A DNA stretch of 64,000 bases, from the NCBI GenBank assembly GCA_964581565.1, contig CAZOOZ010000008.1, forward strand, positions 27,552-91,551, written 5' to 3'. The notes under the pieces are model-generated. The model was not told where the DNA came from. It ran no database searches and was given only the letters and a program-made list of their open reading frames with translations. Positions 48,890 through 59,287 of the stretch are shown here, in pieces. This stretch comes from an uncultured Eubacteriaceae bacterium (GTDB lineage Bacteria; Bacillota; Clostridia; Eubacteriales; UBA1433). The position numbers and the translations under genes are program-made. Positions within the stretch are counted from its first letter, which is position 1; each line of letters opens with the position of its first letter.

Positions 48890-50587
48890 TTAATTATTGT
48901 TCCATTTCTTTATAGTTTCATATAATTCTAGTATTTTATCTTTTAAATCTAAAACATTATTTGAATTTTCTTTAGTAATATTAGTAGAAACACGATGTGC
49001 AAAATTTACCTTTTTAAAATTTTTGTTAGTTGGTTCTATATAATCTGGAAAATATTCATATTGTTCACATTGGTTTAATTGTTTATGGAATGTTTGATTT
49101 ATTGCTTCTTTAGAAATATAATTTTCTATTTCACGTCCTTTTGTAATCCAACAGAACATATTATTATCTAAAAATTCTTGCCGAATTCTTTTTTTAGTAT
49201 CATTAATACGTGTCTGATTATTCTTTTTATCGCTATCTATGATAATAGCAGAATTGCGATTTGTTAATAAGACATTAATTAAATTTTCATCTTGAACTGT
49301 TGTATAATGTGATAATAATCTACCACCATAATAAAGAAATTGATAGTGCCTGCCTTCTTCATAAATATTATTTGGTATTAATACTTCAAGCCATCTTTTT
49401 AAATAAATTCTATCAGAAGGGCCTTCGACCCATATTATACCATTAGATTGAAATAAATCACTAGCTCGGACGTCTAAATCGTCTAATATTTGAAATTTAT
49501 CGATGTCGTTATTTATATATTTAATTGTAGAAATATTATTTGCTTTTATTACATGAAAAATGCTTGCTTCTTCTTTGCCGTAATATGCATTAATAGCAAC
49601 GTGAGAGTGAGTTGTTAAAAAAATGCATTTGTCATTCTTTGTTGCAAATTCATATAAATAATCAAATATTTTTCTTTGCAGAGCTGGATGAAGATTATTT
49701 TCAATTTCTTCAAATGCATATACTATACGTTTATCTTTATATTCTTGTGTATAGGGGATAATTAATAAATTTAGCAAAATTAGAATTATAGTTTTTAAAC
49801 CGCTCCCTGATTGCGACAAAGCAAATCTACCATTATTTTTTTCCTCTAAAAATATTTCCCATAAATAATCTTCATTGTTTTTTTCTATCTGTTGTATTTT
49901 TATATTACTAAAATTAGATTCAGGATTCATTATTTTGTTTAATTCATTGAGCAATGTATTTTGAATTAATTTTTCATCATAGTCAAAATAATTAATAAAT
50001 TTTCTAATTATATTTGTTGCACCATTGCCATTTGAAAATAATGCTTCATTATCGGACTCATTTTCTTGGGCTATATTTCTATCAGCATTTAAACGTTTAA
50101 ATTTATAATTAACAAAAAATCCCGAAAATTGTTCTGCTAAATCCTCCCAAAATGTATTTAGTTCACTTTTAAAATTTTCTGTTGAATTAAATTCAGAAAA
50201 TTTATACGAAAAATGAATAGTTTCAGAATAATTGTTTTTTGTTTGTATATTAAGTCTTATAAGTTCATTTTCTAAATTTTGTTTTGCATACTCAAAATGA
50301 TCTCCAATAATTTTGCCCCCGCGTCTTTCTTGTCTAAATACATTTTTATAATATTTTTCGGTAATAGGAAAAACAATTTCAATATCATGAAAACGATTAT
50401 TATTTTTAGTAAATATCTCTGCATTTAATATGTATTGAATTATGTCTAAAATGCTAGATTTTCCACAATTATTTTTCCCAATTATTAAATTTATTTTTTT
50501 AATATTTGTTAATTCATTAAAATCGGTCGCAGAAAAACTTTTATAGTTTTTAAAATAAATTCCGGATGTATTATACAATCTAAACAC
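48890..50587 (-). CDS. OLD-family ATP-dependent nuclease (ABC ATPase + TOPRIM)
   Basis: GKNNCGKS, SQSGSG, FEEIENNLHP, TTHS, IWVEGPSD, IIDSD; very AT-rich. Confidence 0.85.
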   Translation of the reverse strand: MFRLYNTSGIYFKNYKSFSATDFNELTNIKKINLIIGKNNCGKSSILDIIQYILNAEIFTKNNNRFHDIEIVFPITEKYYKNVFRQERRGGKIIGDHFEYAKQNLENELIRLNIQTKNNYSETIHFSYKFSEFNSTENFKSELNTFWEDLAEQFSGFFVNYKFKRLNADRNIAQENESDNEALFSNGNGATNIIRKFINYFDYDEKLIQNTLLNELNKIMNPESNFSNIKIQQIEKNNEDYLWEIFLEEKNNGRFALSQSGSGLKTIILILLNLLIIPYTQEYKDKRIVYAFEEIENNLHPALQRKIFDYLYEFATKNDKCIFLTTHSHVAINAYYGKEEASIFHVIKANNISTIKYINNDIDKFQILDDLDVRASDLFQSNGIIWVEGPSDRIYLKRWLEVLIPNNIYEEGRHYQFLYYGGRLLSHYTTVQDENLINVLLTNRNSAIIIDSDKKNNQTRINDTKKRIRQEFLDNNMFCWITKGREIENYISKEAINQTFHKQLNQCEQYEYFPDYIEPTNKNFKKVNFAHRVSTNITKENSNNVLDLKDKILELYETIKKWNNN

Positions 50588-50591
50588 CTTC

Positions 50592-51701
50592 TTAATTATT
50601 ATTATTTTGATTATTGTTTAAAAGCTCGTATGCTCTTTTCTTATTATAAATCATTCCGTCTCTATTTGTCACCAGAGTTGCGGCATTGTCGGCAAATTGC
50701 AGTTTGAAGATATCGTCTATGTTTTCCGGGCGGCATTCGCAGATCATATCGAGCAGTTGCGCATCGCTCATTTTCTCCTTTTTCATATGATATTTTATCA
50801 GCAGTGTCACTTTATCTATTACGGCAAAGTCATACCCGTAAAAAATCAGAATCTCTCGGCATATTTCGGCGGAGCGTTTGGCATGACCGGGAAAACGTAT
50901 TTTGCCGTCTTTGATTATTTTGCATTCGGGTTTACAAATATCATGAAACAGCGCGGCAAGCCGCAGAATTAAATCAGGCGCTGTATTACTGACAACATCT
51001 ATGATGTGGTTATAAACATCTTGCGTATGATATTCATTCTGCTCCACGCCTACACATGCATCAAGCGCCGGAGAAATAGTTTTTAATAAAGAAGTTGTCT
51101 GCAGCAGTTTCAACGCTTCCCTGACATTGCTGCCCGTTAAAAGCCATTTGAGTTCGTCTCCAATCAGGCTCGGAGCCACATCAGTCAGCTCAGGATCGTT
51201 TTTAATAATATCTGCAAGAATAGTATCAACCGAAAAACCAGGCAATTGCGATAGATAGCGAATAGCCTGTAATTTTTTTATTTTATGATGTTGTAAATAA
51301 TCTTTTTCTTTATTTGCAAGTCGAATGATTTTTCTTTCAATATCTTCAATATCAAAATATTTAGTTATAACAATTCCGTCTTCATCTGCCAAAATGCCAT
51401 TGACCGTGAAATCAAGTGTTTCGAAATACTCATCAAGGCAGCATGCAGTAGTAATTCGAAAGTGATTATCCTCTTTGGATACACTAATAATATTGTTTGA
51501 TGCATACACGGCATAGCCTGCATCTATAAGTAGTTTTTGCACATCTTGCGGCAAAGCCGTTGTGAGTACATCAAACGCACAGGTATACTGTTGTTTTTTG
51601 ATACTATGAATGAGTCCGGCTCCGTAAATATAGGATCTGGCATTTTTGCAGGAAAGTATATCGAGTAATATAATGGTTGGGGTATGAAGTGATATATGCA
51701 T
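50592..51701 (-). CDS. CCA/poly(A)-polymerase-like protein with degenerate NTase head and intact HD domain
   Basis: LDFTVN (cf. RRDFTIN), DIERKIIR, QNEYH...H, LAALFHDICKP, FPGHA; GGxVRD and DxD not conserved. Confidence 0.75.
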   Translation of the reverse strand: MHISLHTPTIILLDILSCKNARSYIYGAGLIHSIKKQQYTCAFDVLTTALPQDVQKLLIDAGYAVYASNNIISVSKEDNHFRITTACCLDEYFETLDFTVNGILADEDGIVITKYFDIEDIERKIIRLANKEKDYLQHHKIKKLQAIRYLSQLPGFSVDTILADIIKNDPELTDVAPSLIGDELKWLLTGSNVREALKLLQTTSLLKTISPALDACVGVEQNEYHTQDVYNHIIDVVSNTAPDLILRLAALFHDICKPECKIIKDGKIRFPGHAKRSAEICREILIFYGYDFAVIDKVTLLIKYHMKKEKMSDAQLLDMICECRPENIDDIFKLQFADNAATLVTNRDGMIYNKKRAYELLNNNQNNNN

Positions 51702-51978
51702 TGTTTATATCCTAAAAAAATGATAAAGTCATTATATTATTTCTTAAGTTGTATTTCAACTTAATACAATACCATAGCAACGGACATAATGTATATTCTT
51801 TTCTTAATTTAAATATATTAGTAAATAAACTTGGCAAAACAGCACTTTATCGTTGCATTTATGTTTGAAATCATTAATATATGTTAGTATAATGTTTATT
51901 ATTTTGCTATTGACGTAAAAGTATTTTCTGTTAATATATATAAGCTTATGTTTTTACCCAATGTAAAGGGGATCATTT

Positions 51979-53553
51979 ATGGATTCGGAAAATAAAAAAC
52001 CCTCCTATCTTAGAGGGGCGATGATACTTACCATAGGAAGTATATTTGCAAGGTTCTTAGGATTGTTTTTTAAAGTGCCTTTAAGCCGTATTATAGGCGA
52101 TTACGGGATGGGGCTTTACGGATATCCGTATCCAATTTATTCTTTCTTGGTCGCCGTATCTGTCATAGGGCTTCCGCTTGCTATTTCAAAAATGACGAGT
52201 GAAAGCATGAGCCTCAAAAGATATGAACATGCACAAAGAGTGTTTAGAATATCTATGGCTTCAATGATGATACTGGGTATTATTTGCAGTATTTTAATTA
52301 TCACTTTTGCAAAGCCTATTATACATTTCTTAGGCTGGCCGGAAGAAACATATTTTTCTATTTTAGGGCTTTCGCTTACGCCAATTTTTGTATCCTATAT
52401 GGCAACCTATCGAGGCTTTTTTCAAGGTCTTCAAATGATGATACCCACTTCGTTGTCACAAATCGTGGAGTCGGTCTTTCGTGTTATCTTTGGTGTTGGG
52501 CTCGCGTTTTTCTTGCTGAAAGCAAAAGGAGTTGCATGGGCGGCAGGAGGCGCTAGCTTTGGTGCCACCGCAGGTGCGATTGCGGGCGGCATTTTAATGT
52601 CTTTTCTGTATAGAAGATATAAGAAAAGAGGCAAAACGATTCCTCAGTTTCCGGCAGTGAGATATAGTGAAAAAACATCGAAAATAGTAGCAATGCTCTT
52701 TAAAATAGCAATTCCCGCATCACTTGGCTCGATTGTTGTATCGCTGATGAATATGATCAATTCTGTCACGGTTGCAAGATGTCTGCAAACGGCAGGCTTT
52801 GATATCATCACGGCTACAGAGCTTTGGGGGCAGCTTTCACAAAAAGTACAGACATTAATAAATGTTCCGTTGATGGTGGGAGTGGGGCTTGCGGCGGCGT
52901 TGGTTCCTGCGATCAGCGAATCTTATGTCAGAAGAGCGCACGGCGAAATCGCGGATAAAACCGCTCTTGCAATGAAAGCGGTTATGATGGTGGCGCTGCC
53001 GTCGGCAATTGGTCTGTCGGTTCTTGCGGAGCCTATTATAAAGCTGCTTTTCGGAGCCACATCAGCCGGCGGTGATTTGCTTAAATATTTGGCCTTTAGT
53101 TGTATTACATCTATAACGTATATAACATGTCAGGCAATACTTCAAGGACTTGGGAAAATGATGCTGCCTATTCGCAATCTGGCCATAGGGGCAGTTATCA
53201 AAATGGTGCTTAATCTTATATTAATTTCTATTCCAGAAATTAATATATACGGTATCATTATTGCTACTTTTGTTGCCGACAGCACCATTACAGCACTGAA
53301 TTATTTATGCGTGAAAAAATATATCAAGTTCAGACTAAATAAAACGGATGTTTTTATCAAGCCGCTTTTAAGCAGCGTTATCATGGGCGCAACAGCGTAT
53401 TTTTCGTATCATTTTTTGGCAAACATAGTAGGAAGCAATTTTGCGGTTCTTATTGCAATAGCGCTTGGAGGCGGTGTTTATTTCCTGGCCATGTTGCTAT
53501 GCGGCGGAATAGCAAAAAAAGATATAAAAAATTTATTAAAAAGGAAACATTAA
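51979..53553 (+). CDS. SpoVB/YabM-family MOP flippase
   Basis: GAMILT, GLPLAISK, RGFFQG...SQIVE, ~14 TM; upstream of yabN. Confidence 0.88.
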   Translation: MDSENKKPSYLRGAMILTIGSIFARFLGLFFKVPLSRIIGDYGMGLYGYPYPIYSFLVAVSVIGLPLAISKMTSESMSLKRYEHAQRVFRISMASMMILGIICSILIITFAKPIIHFLGWPEETYFSILGLSLTPIFVSYMATYRGFFQGLQMMIPTSLSQIVESVFRVIFGVGLAFFLLKAKGVAWAAGGASFGATAGAIAGGILMSFLYRRYKKRGKTIPQFPAVRYSEKTSKIVAMLFKIAIPASLGSIVVSLMNMINSVTVARCLQTAGFDIITATELWGQLSQKVQTLINVPLMVGVGLAAALVPAISESYVRRAHGEIADKTALAMKAVMMVALPSAIGLSVLAEPIIKLLFGATSAGGDLLKYLAFSCITSITYITCQAILQGLGKMMLPIRNLAIGAVIKMVLNLILISIPEINIYGIIIATFVADSTITALNYLCVKKYIKFRLNKTDVFIKPLLSSVIMGATAYFSYHFLANIVGSNFAVLIAIALGGGVYFLAMLLCGGIAKKDIKNLLKRKH

Positions 53554-55032
53554 ATGAAAAAAATACTAATCGGAGGTATGGGAACGGCATCCATAGAGCA
53601 TATGACATTAAAAACTCATCAAGCAATTTTAGATGCGCAAAAGGTTTTCATGCGTACGGCTGTGCATAAAAGCGCAAAAGAAATATTAAAAATGCGTCCA
53701 GATGCCATCAATTTTGATGAGATTTATAATAAAAGTAATAATTTTGAGCAAGTTTATGAAAAAATTTCCAATGAAGTAATTGCGGCATCCTATGAAAATG
53801 ATATAATGTATTTAGTACCCGGCAGCCCTGTATCTGCTGAAAACACGGTAAGCCTCATTGTTCAAAAAGCAAAACAAAATGATATCCAAGTTGAGATATT
53901 GCCGGCAGTGAGCTTTGTCGATGCTATTTTCTCATCGATGAAGAAAGATGCGGCGCATAGTGTAAAGCTGCTTGATGCACTTCAATTAAAAACTGATGAT
54001 TTTGACAAAAACTGCGATATTTTAATATGTCAGATATATGATAATTTTATTGCATCAGAAGTCAAGCTTAAAATGATGGAATATTATGATAAAAATAAAA
54101 CAGTATATATCATACAAAATGGGGGGGAAGCCGATGCGAGAATAAAAGAAACCGTATTATATGAACTAGATAGAAATTTTGAATTTGATCATATGAGCAG
54201 TCTGCTGCTTTTCAAAGATGAGACATTAATTCTCAGAGATTATCGGACTTTAGAAGAAATTATGGGTATGCTTCGAGGTCCAAACGGATGTAATTGGGAC
54301 AAGCAGCAAACTCACAGTAGTCTTAAACGTTATCTTATTGAAGAATGCTATGAAGTACTTGATGCAATTGAAAAAAATGATTGCGGAATGCTTGAGGAAG
54401 AATTGGGAGATGTATTGTTACAAGTCTACTTTCATGCTACAATTGCCAAAGAAGATCAGGAGTTTGACCTACGGGATATTTTTGAGGCTATCAATAAAAA
54501 AATGATCAACAGGCATCCCCATGTGTTTCAGACAAATCGAGATTTTTCACCTGAGAAAGTTGAAAATGAATGGGAGGCAATAAAACTAAAAGAAAAAGGT
54601 TATAGTAAGTCTAGTGAAAGTCTACAATCAATGCCAAAACAGCTGCCGGCATTGATGTATGCAGCCAGAGTTCAGGATAAAGCAAAAAAAGCAGGATTTG
54701 ATTTTGAAAATATAGATCAAGTGTATGATAAGCTCAGAGAAGAAGTGAAGGAATTCATAGAAGCTGCATCAACGATGCAAATACAGCAGTTAAAAGAAGA
54801 ATTAGGAGATTTACTGTTTTCTATAGTAAATGTATCCCGGTTTTTAAAATTGGATTGTGAAGATACTTTAAGACAAGCAACCATAAAGTTTATAGACCGA
54901 TTTTCCATAGTTGAAGAAATGGTTTTATCAGACGGCTTAAATTTAAAAGAAATAAATCTTAAAAAAGCAGATGAATATTGGAATTTAAGTAAAATAATTT
55001 TAAAGGAGAAATATAAAAATGAAAAAAAATGA
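53554..55032 (+). CDS. yabN: YabN: tetrapyrrole-methylase-like + MazG pyrophosphohydrolase
   Basis: VPGSPVSAE, GCNWDKQQTHSSL, EELGDVLLQ, RHPHVF, EELGDLLFS. Confidence 0.9.
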   Translation: MKKILIGGMGTASIEHMTLKTHQAILDAQKVFMRTAVHKSAKEILKMRPDAINFDEIYNKSNNFEQVYEKISNEVIAASYENDIMYLVPGSPVSAENTVSLIVQKAKQNDIQVEILPAVSFVDAIFSSMKKDAAHSVKLLDALQLKTDDFDKNCDILICQIYDNFIASEVKLKMMEYYDKNKTVYIIQNGGEADARIKETVLYELDRNFEFDHMSSLLLFKDETLILRDYRTLEEIMGMLRGPNGCNWDKQQTHSSLKRYLIEECYEVLDAIEKNDCGMLEEELGDVLLQVYFHATIAKEDQEFDLRDIFEAINKKMINRHPHVFQTNRDFSPEKVENEWEAIKLKEKGYSKSSESLQSMPKQLPALMYAARVQDKAKKAGFDFENIDQVYDKLREEVKEFIEAASTMQIQQLKEELGDLLFSIVNVSRFLKLDCEDTLRQATIKFIDRFSIVEEMVLSDGLNLKEINLKKADEYWNLSKIILKEKYKNEKK

Positions 55033-55291
55033 ATTGATTAGTGCAATTGCAGAAAAAAGTAATGTAAAGAAAATTGAAGCTGAAAGAATGCTTGACGCTT
55101 TAGTTACCGTTGTTGGTGAAGAATTAAACAAAGGTGAAAAATTAACCGTTCCGTCGCTTGGAACATTCCAAATTAAAGAAAGAAAAGAAAAAGAAGGCAG
55201 AAATCCGAGAACCGGAGAAAAGATGATCATCCCTGCAGCAAAAGTTCCGATGTTTAAAGTTGCAAAAAATTTGAAAGATACTATTAAATAA
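55019..55291 (+). CDS. hup: Histone-like DNA-binding protein HU
   Basis: MKKNELISAIAEK...GTF...GRNPRTGE...P.FK. Confidence 0.93.
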   Translation: MKKNELISAIAEKSNVKKIEAERMLDALVTVVGEELNKGEKLTVPSLGTFQIKERKEKEGRNPRTGEKMIIPAAKVPMFKVAKNLKDTIK

Positions 55292-55302
55292 AATTTAGAA
55301 TA

Positions 55303-55340
55303 AAAGAGCACCTGAAGAATGTATCAGGTGCTCTTATTTT
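55303..55340 (+). terminator. Terminator after hup
   Basis: AAGAGCACCTGA...TCAGGTGCTCTT-ATTTT. Confidence 0.85.
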
Positions 55341-55558
55341 AATTATAACTCATAATATGTTTCTTCAAAATTTTCTTCATCATTAGAAGTCTTTTTTTTA
55401 TGCCTTTTTTGCAAGGATGCATAGTCTACGATTATCAGTCCGTTTTTAGCAAGTTTTATTCAAGCGCGTATCGGCGATATATCTACAATAATCGGTGGCA
55501 TGGTCATCTTATTCGGCATGGCTTTGTTTCATTGTGTGGCGAATTATATAGGATATCA

Positions 55559-56707
55559 TTAGTTATGTGTAGCTTCAATAAGCGTGACTGTAGCAGAAAA
55601 GATTGAGTCGTCTTCGCTGCGATACACTTTAATTTCAACGGTTTCTTTCGGTTTTTTCTTCAGAAGTGTGGATGTAATATCCGTGAGCTGCTTTATTTCA
55701 ACTCCGTCAATGTGAGTAATGATGTCACCTTTTTTCAGACCAGCTTTTACCAAACTGGTATTTGTGATATCTTGTATAAACATACCGGTAGGCAGATTAT
55801 AGAATGCGGCAGTAGCTTCATTGATGAATTGATAGCTGACACCGAGCGCTGCCCGATCCTTTACGTAACCGTATTCTTTTAAATCTTGCGCAATGGTGAG
55901 GGCGATATCGCTTGTGATGGCAAAGCCCAATCCTTCAAAACCGCTGGCAACTATTTTGGATGAACTGATTCCGATAACTTGCCCGTACGTATTGGCTAAA
56001 GCGCCACCCGAATTACCCGGGGAAATGGCTGCATCTGTTTGTATACAAGATAAAATATATCCGTCTTCAGTTGTGATAGAACGATTGGTAGCCGATATAA
56101 TACCCATCGTTGTGCTGCTGCTGAAAGCGACTCCGCCGGGATTGCCGATTGCAAGGACAATATCGCCCACGGTTGTTTGATCTCCGCTGGAGAATTCGGC
56201 GGCAGAAAGATCCGTTGCATCAGCTTTTAAAAGAGCTATATCTGTGGGTGTGTCGCTGCCTACGAGAGAAGCGGCATATTCTTTGCCATCATATAAAACA
56301 ACTTTAAAACTGTTGCCGCCTTTAATGACGTGCGCATTGGTGAGAATGTATCCATCGTCTGTAAGGATTACACCCGAGCCTTCGCCGTAAAGGCTGCCTG
56401 CGTTATAGTCGCTGTAGGTAAGCACGCCCACAACAGAAGGAATCACTTTTTTCGCAGTTTGCTGCAGGCTTAGTGTTTGAGAATTCAGTATACTTGAATC
56501 GTCGTTTGTTGTATTCGGCTGCTGGATGATTTCAGAAAAATCCTGATCATTTTCTAAGTCTGGCAAAGTAATGATTCCATTATATAATAAAAATAAAAAT
56601 CCGCTTATTGTAACAAAGGATATAAATACAGTAAACAAAAGTAACAAAATAATGTTTCGGGTTTTATGTCTTTTGGAAGAACGAAACTGACTGTTGTCCT
56701 GATACAT
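55559..56707 (-). CDS. htrA: HtrA/DegP-like membrane serine protease with PDZ
   Basis: TM, GSGVI, TNAHV, DIALL, QTDAAISPGNSGG, GLKKGDII. Confidence 0.92.
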   Translation of the reverse strand: MYQDNSQFRSSKRHKTRNIILLLLFTVFISFVTISGFLFLLYNGIITLPDLENDQDFSEIIQQPNTTNDDSSILNSQTLSLQQTAKKVIPSVVGVLTYSDYNAGSLYGEGSGVILTDDGYILTNAHVIKGGNSFKVVLYDGKEYAASLVGSDTPTDIALLKADATDLSAAEFSSGDQTTVGDIVLAIGNPGGVAFSSSTTMGIISATNRSITTEDGYILSCIQTDAAISPGNSGGALANTYGQVIGISSSKIVASGFEGLGFAITSDIALTIAQDLKEYGYVKDRAALGVSYQFINEATAAFYNLPTGMFIQDITNTSLVKAGLKKGDIITHIDGVEIKQLTDITSTLLKKKPKETVEIKVYRSEDDSIFSATVTLIEATHN

Positions 56708-56919
56708 ATATTTACCTCTCGCTCATTTATGAAATGGTTACTCATATATTATATGCTCTTTTCCGAAAGCATACAAGTAAACACAAAGAGTTCATAGGAT
56801 AAATGAATCATTTCTATGCTAAATGATTTATTACCTATTTTTAAAACAAGATACTATATAATGATATTAATTTGTGGTATAGTAAATTAACAAAAAATTT
56901 AAAAATAAAGGAGCAAAAC

Positions 56920-57936
56920 GTGAAAAAAATCATGGCATTTTTTTTAGTAGTCGTAATGTTTATGAGCATGGGGCTCGCATCTTGCGCAACCAAAGAGACA
57001 GCAACTGATTACTCCAATGAAGAAAATTGGCTTGCACTGCCCACTGATCCCTCTAAGGATGTGGATGTTTTCTACTTATACCCAACAGGATATTTTAAAT
57101 CTTCTGATGATGAACCCGATGTGTGCAAGATTGATAACGAGATGATGGTTTCCAATGCGCAGGGCGCTTTTCAAAGACAAGCGACTGCCTTTGAAACTGT
57201 GGGGAATATATATGCACCCTATTACAGGCAAGCAGATGCTGGTACTTGTCTGTCATTATCTTTGGAAGATCAAGATGAGCTTTTAAGCGGCGCGACAAAA
57301 TCAGATGTTTTTGCTGCGTTTGATTATTTTATCAAGAATTATAATAATGATCGTCCCTTTATTTTGGCAGGGCATTCACAAGGCTCGAATATGTTGCTTT
57401 ATATACTATCCGAATATATGAAAGAAAATCCAGAAGTCTATGATCGTATGATAGCAGCATATGTTATAGGGTATTCTGTGACAGATGAATATCTGAGCGA
57501 GAATGAGCATCTTAAATTTGCCCAGGGAGCGGATGATATCGGCGTTATCCTTTCGTACAATACACAAGCGCCGGATGTGATCGGCGATAATCCGGTTGTA
57601 GTTGACGGAGCAAATGTAATCAATCCAATCACTTGGACAACAGACGAAACCTTGGCAACGGCAGAGCAGAATTTGGGATCGATCATGCTCAATTCCGACG
57701 GCTCGGTAGTTCTGGATGAAAATAACGAATTTAAACGTGTTATGGATTATGCCGATGCTTGTATTGATTTAGACAAAGGAGTCCTCATTTGCAGTACCGC
57801 GGATGAAGACAGTTTGGCTCCTGGAAATGGTATTTTCCCCAGGGGAGTATATCACAGCTTCGATTACCCTTTCTATTATTATAATATTCGTAAAAACGCA
57901 GAACATCGTATAAATATTTATATGAATGCTCAATAA
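56920..57936 (+). CDS. DUF3089-type alpha/beta hydrolase lipoprotein
   Basis: GTG start after AAGGAG, lipobox LASC, DVFYLYPT, APYYRQ, GHSQG, YHSFDY. Confidence 0.82.
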   Translation: MKKIMAFFLVVVMFMSMGLASCATKETATDYSNEENWLALPTDPSKDVDVFYLYPTGYFKSSDDEPDVCKIDNEMMVSNAQGAFQRQATAFETVGNIYAPYYRQADAGTCLSLSLEDQDELLSGATKSDVFAAFDYFIKNYNNDRPFILAGHSQGSNMLLYILSEYMKENPEVYDRMIAAYVIGYSVTDEYLSENEHLKFAQGADDIGVILSYNTQAPDVIGDNPVVVDGANVINPITWTTDETLATAEQNLGSIMLNSDGSVVLDENNEFKRVMDYADACIDLDKGVLICSTADEDSLAPGNGIFPRGVYHSFDYPFYYYNIRKNAEHRINIYMNAQ

Positions 57937-57967
57937 TAAAAAAGAATTTAATCAAATAAAATTTAAT

Positions 57968-58018
57968 AAAAGCAACAAAAAACCCTTCATCATAATTGAA
58001 GGGGTTTTTGTTGCTTTT
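57968..58018. terminator. Bidirectional terminator
   Basis: AAAAGCAACAAAAAACCCTTCA...TGAAGGGGTTTTTGTTGCTTTT. Confidence 0.88.
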
Positions 58019-58874
58019 AATGTTTGCCTTCTACAAAAATGGCTTGTGTGCCCGGACCGGCGTGGGCGCCGATAACGGCGCCGAGAGTAGCAAAACGTAC
58101 ATTTTTGCAACCGAATCGCTCTTCTACCATCTTTTTTAAAATTTTGGCTGTTTCTATATCATCACCGTGTGCTATAGTTACTGTTAAGGCTGAAAAATCC
58201 GAACCTGCTTTTTCTTCAAGCATATTCATCATGGTCATATAAAGTTTCTTTTCTCCGCGAACTTTATGCTTGGGGACAAGTTTGCCGTCTTCCACGATCA
58301 AAACAGGACGGATACTTAAAGTATCGCCTAAGAATGCCGAAGTTTTGCTTACTCTACCGCCCCGATAGAGATATTCCAGTTTTTCAACTGTAAACACATG
58401 TGCCATTTTCCTTGCATAATCTTTCATAAGGGGATGCATTTCATCGGCACTCATTCCCTTAGCGGCGAGCTCACATGCTTTAAGCACGACATGTCCCAGT
58501 CCCATAGATGCACATAGCGTGTCAATAATTATGATTTTGACATCCGGATATGTTTTCTTAACTTCATCCAATGCGGTGACGGCGGCATTATATGTTCCGG
58601 ATAGCTGTGAAGAAAAGGCCGGATAGAAGCATTCTTCATTATTTTCGGCTATTGAAGTGAAGGTGTCAATAAATCTGCTCACGGGTACCTGAGAAGTTGA
58701 ATATACAGCACCCTTTCGCATATTATCAAAAATTTTTTTAGAGGTGATTGTTTCACCGTCTAAATATTCATTTGAACCGTCCAATACAACCAAAGGCAGT
58801 ACGGTTATATTATTTGCCTTTATCAGATCTTTCGGCAGATCCGATGCGCTGTCGGCGATGATTTTTACTGGCAT
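58017..58874 (-). CDS. DegV/FakB fatty-acid-binding protein
   Basis: IADSASDL, TSQV, SSQLSGTY, YLYRGGRV, IGAHAGPG. Confidence 0.92.
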   Translation of the reverse strand: MPVKIIADSASDLPKDLIKANNITVLPLVVLDGSNEYLDGETITSKKIFDNMRKGAVYSTSQVPVSRFIDTFTSIAENNEECFYPAFSSQLSGTYNAAVTALDEVKKTYPDVKIIIIDTLCASMGLGHVVLKACELAAKGMSADEMHPLMKDYARKMAHVFTVEKLEYLYRGGRVSKTSAFLGDTLSIRPVLIVEDGKLVPKHKVRGEKKLYMTMMNMLEEKAGSDFSALTVTIAHGDDIETAKILKKMVEERFGCKNVRFATLGAVIGAHAGPGTQAIFVEGKH

Positions 58875-58985
58875 TAGAAACCTCCTTTATTTTTAGTTTA
58901 AATCATTATATAATTTATACAATTGAAAACCAATAATACATTCGGGTGATATGCAGGGTGAATTTAATAGTGAAAAGCCTGAGTA

Positions 58986-59282
58986 ATGAAAGTTATAATA
59001 AAAATGAAAAACATGATTGATGCCTATAAAAAAAAATTGGCGGCAAATAATAAAATTATATTAAAATTAAAAATCATATCTAAAGCCAATAAAACCGAAT
59101 TTGTAAGCAAGATGGAAGATAATACGATAAAGCTGGCTGTTGCGAGCGTTCCCGAAAAAGGAAAGGCAAACAGCGAAATCATTTCCTTCTTATCAAAAGA
59201 ATTTAATGTCGGCAAACAAGATATAAAAATTATTTCAGGAAAAACTTCTACCGTCAAATTAATACAAATTAAAAAGGAATAA
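58986..59282 (+). CDS. DUF167/YggU-family protein
   Basis: VASVPEKGKAN..II.FLSK...IISGKTS.VK; exact start uncertain. Confidence 0.8.
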   Translation: MKVIIKMKNMIDAYKKKLAANNKIILKLKIISKANKTEFVSKMEDNTIKLAVASVPEKGKANSEIISFLSKEFNVGKQDIKIISGKTSTVKLIQIKKE

Positions 59283-59287
59283 TAAAT

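Noticed and set aside
55400-55606. 68-aa ORF between hup and htrA
   Set aside because: No RBS, overlaps the htrA end, no motifs
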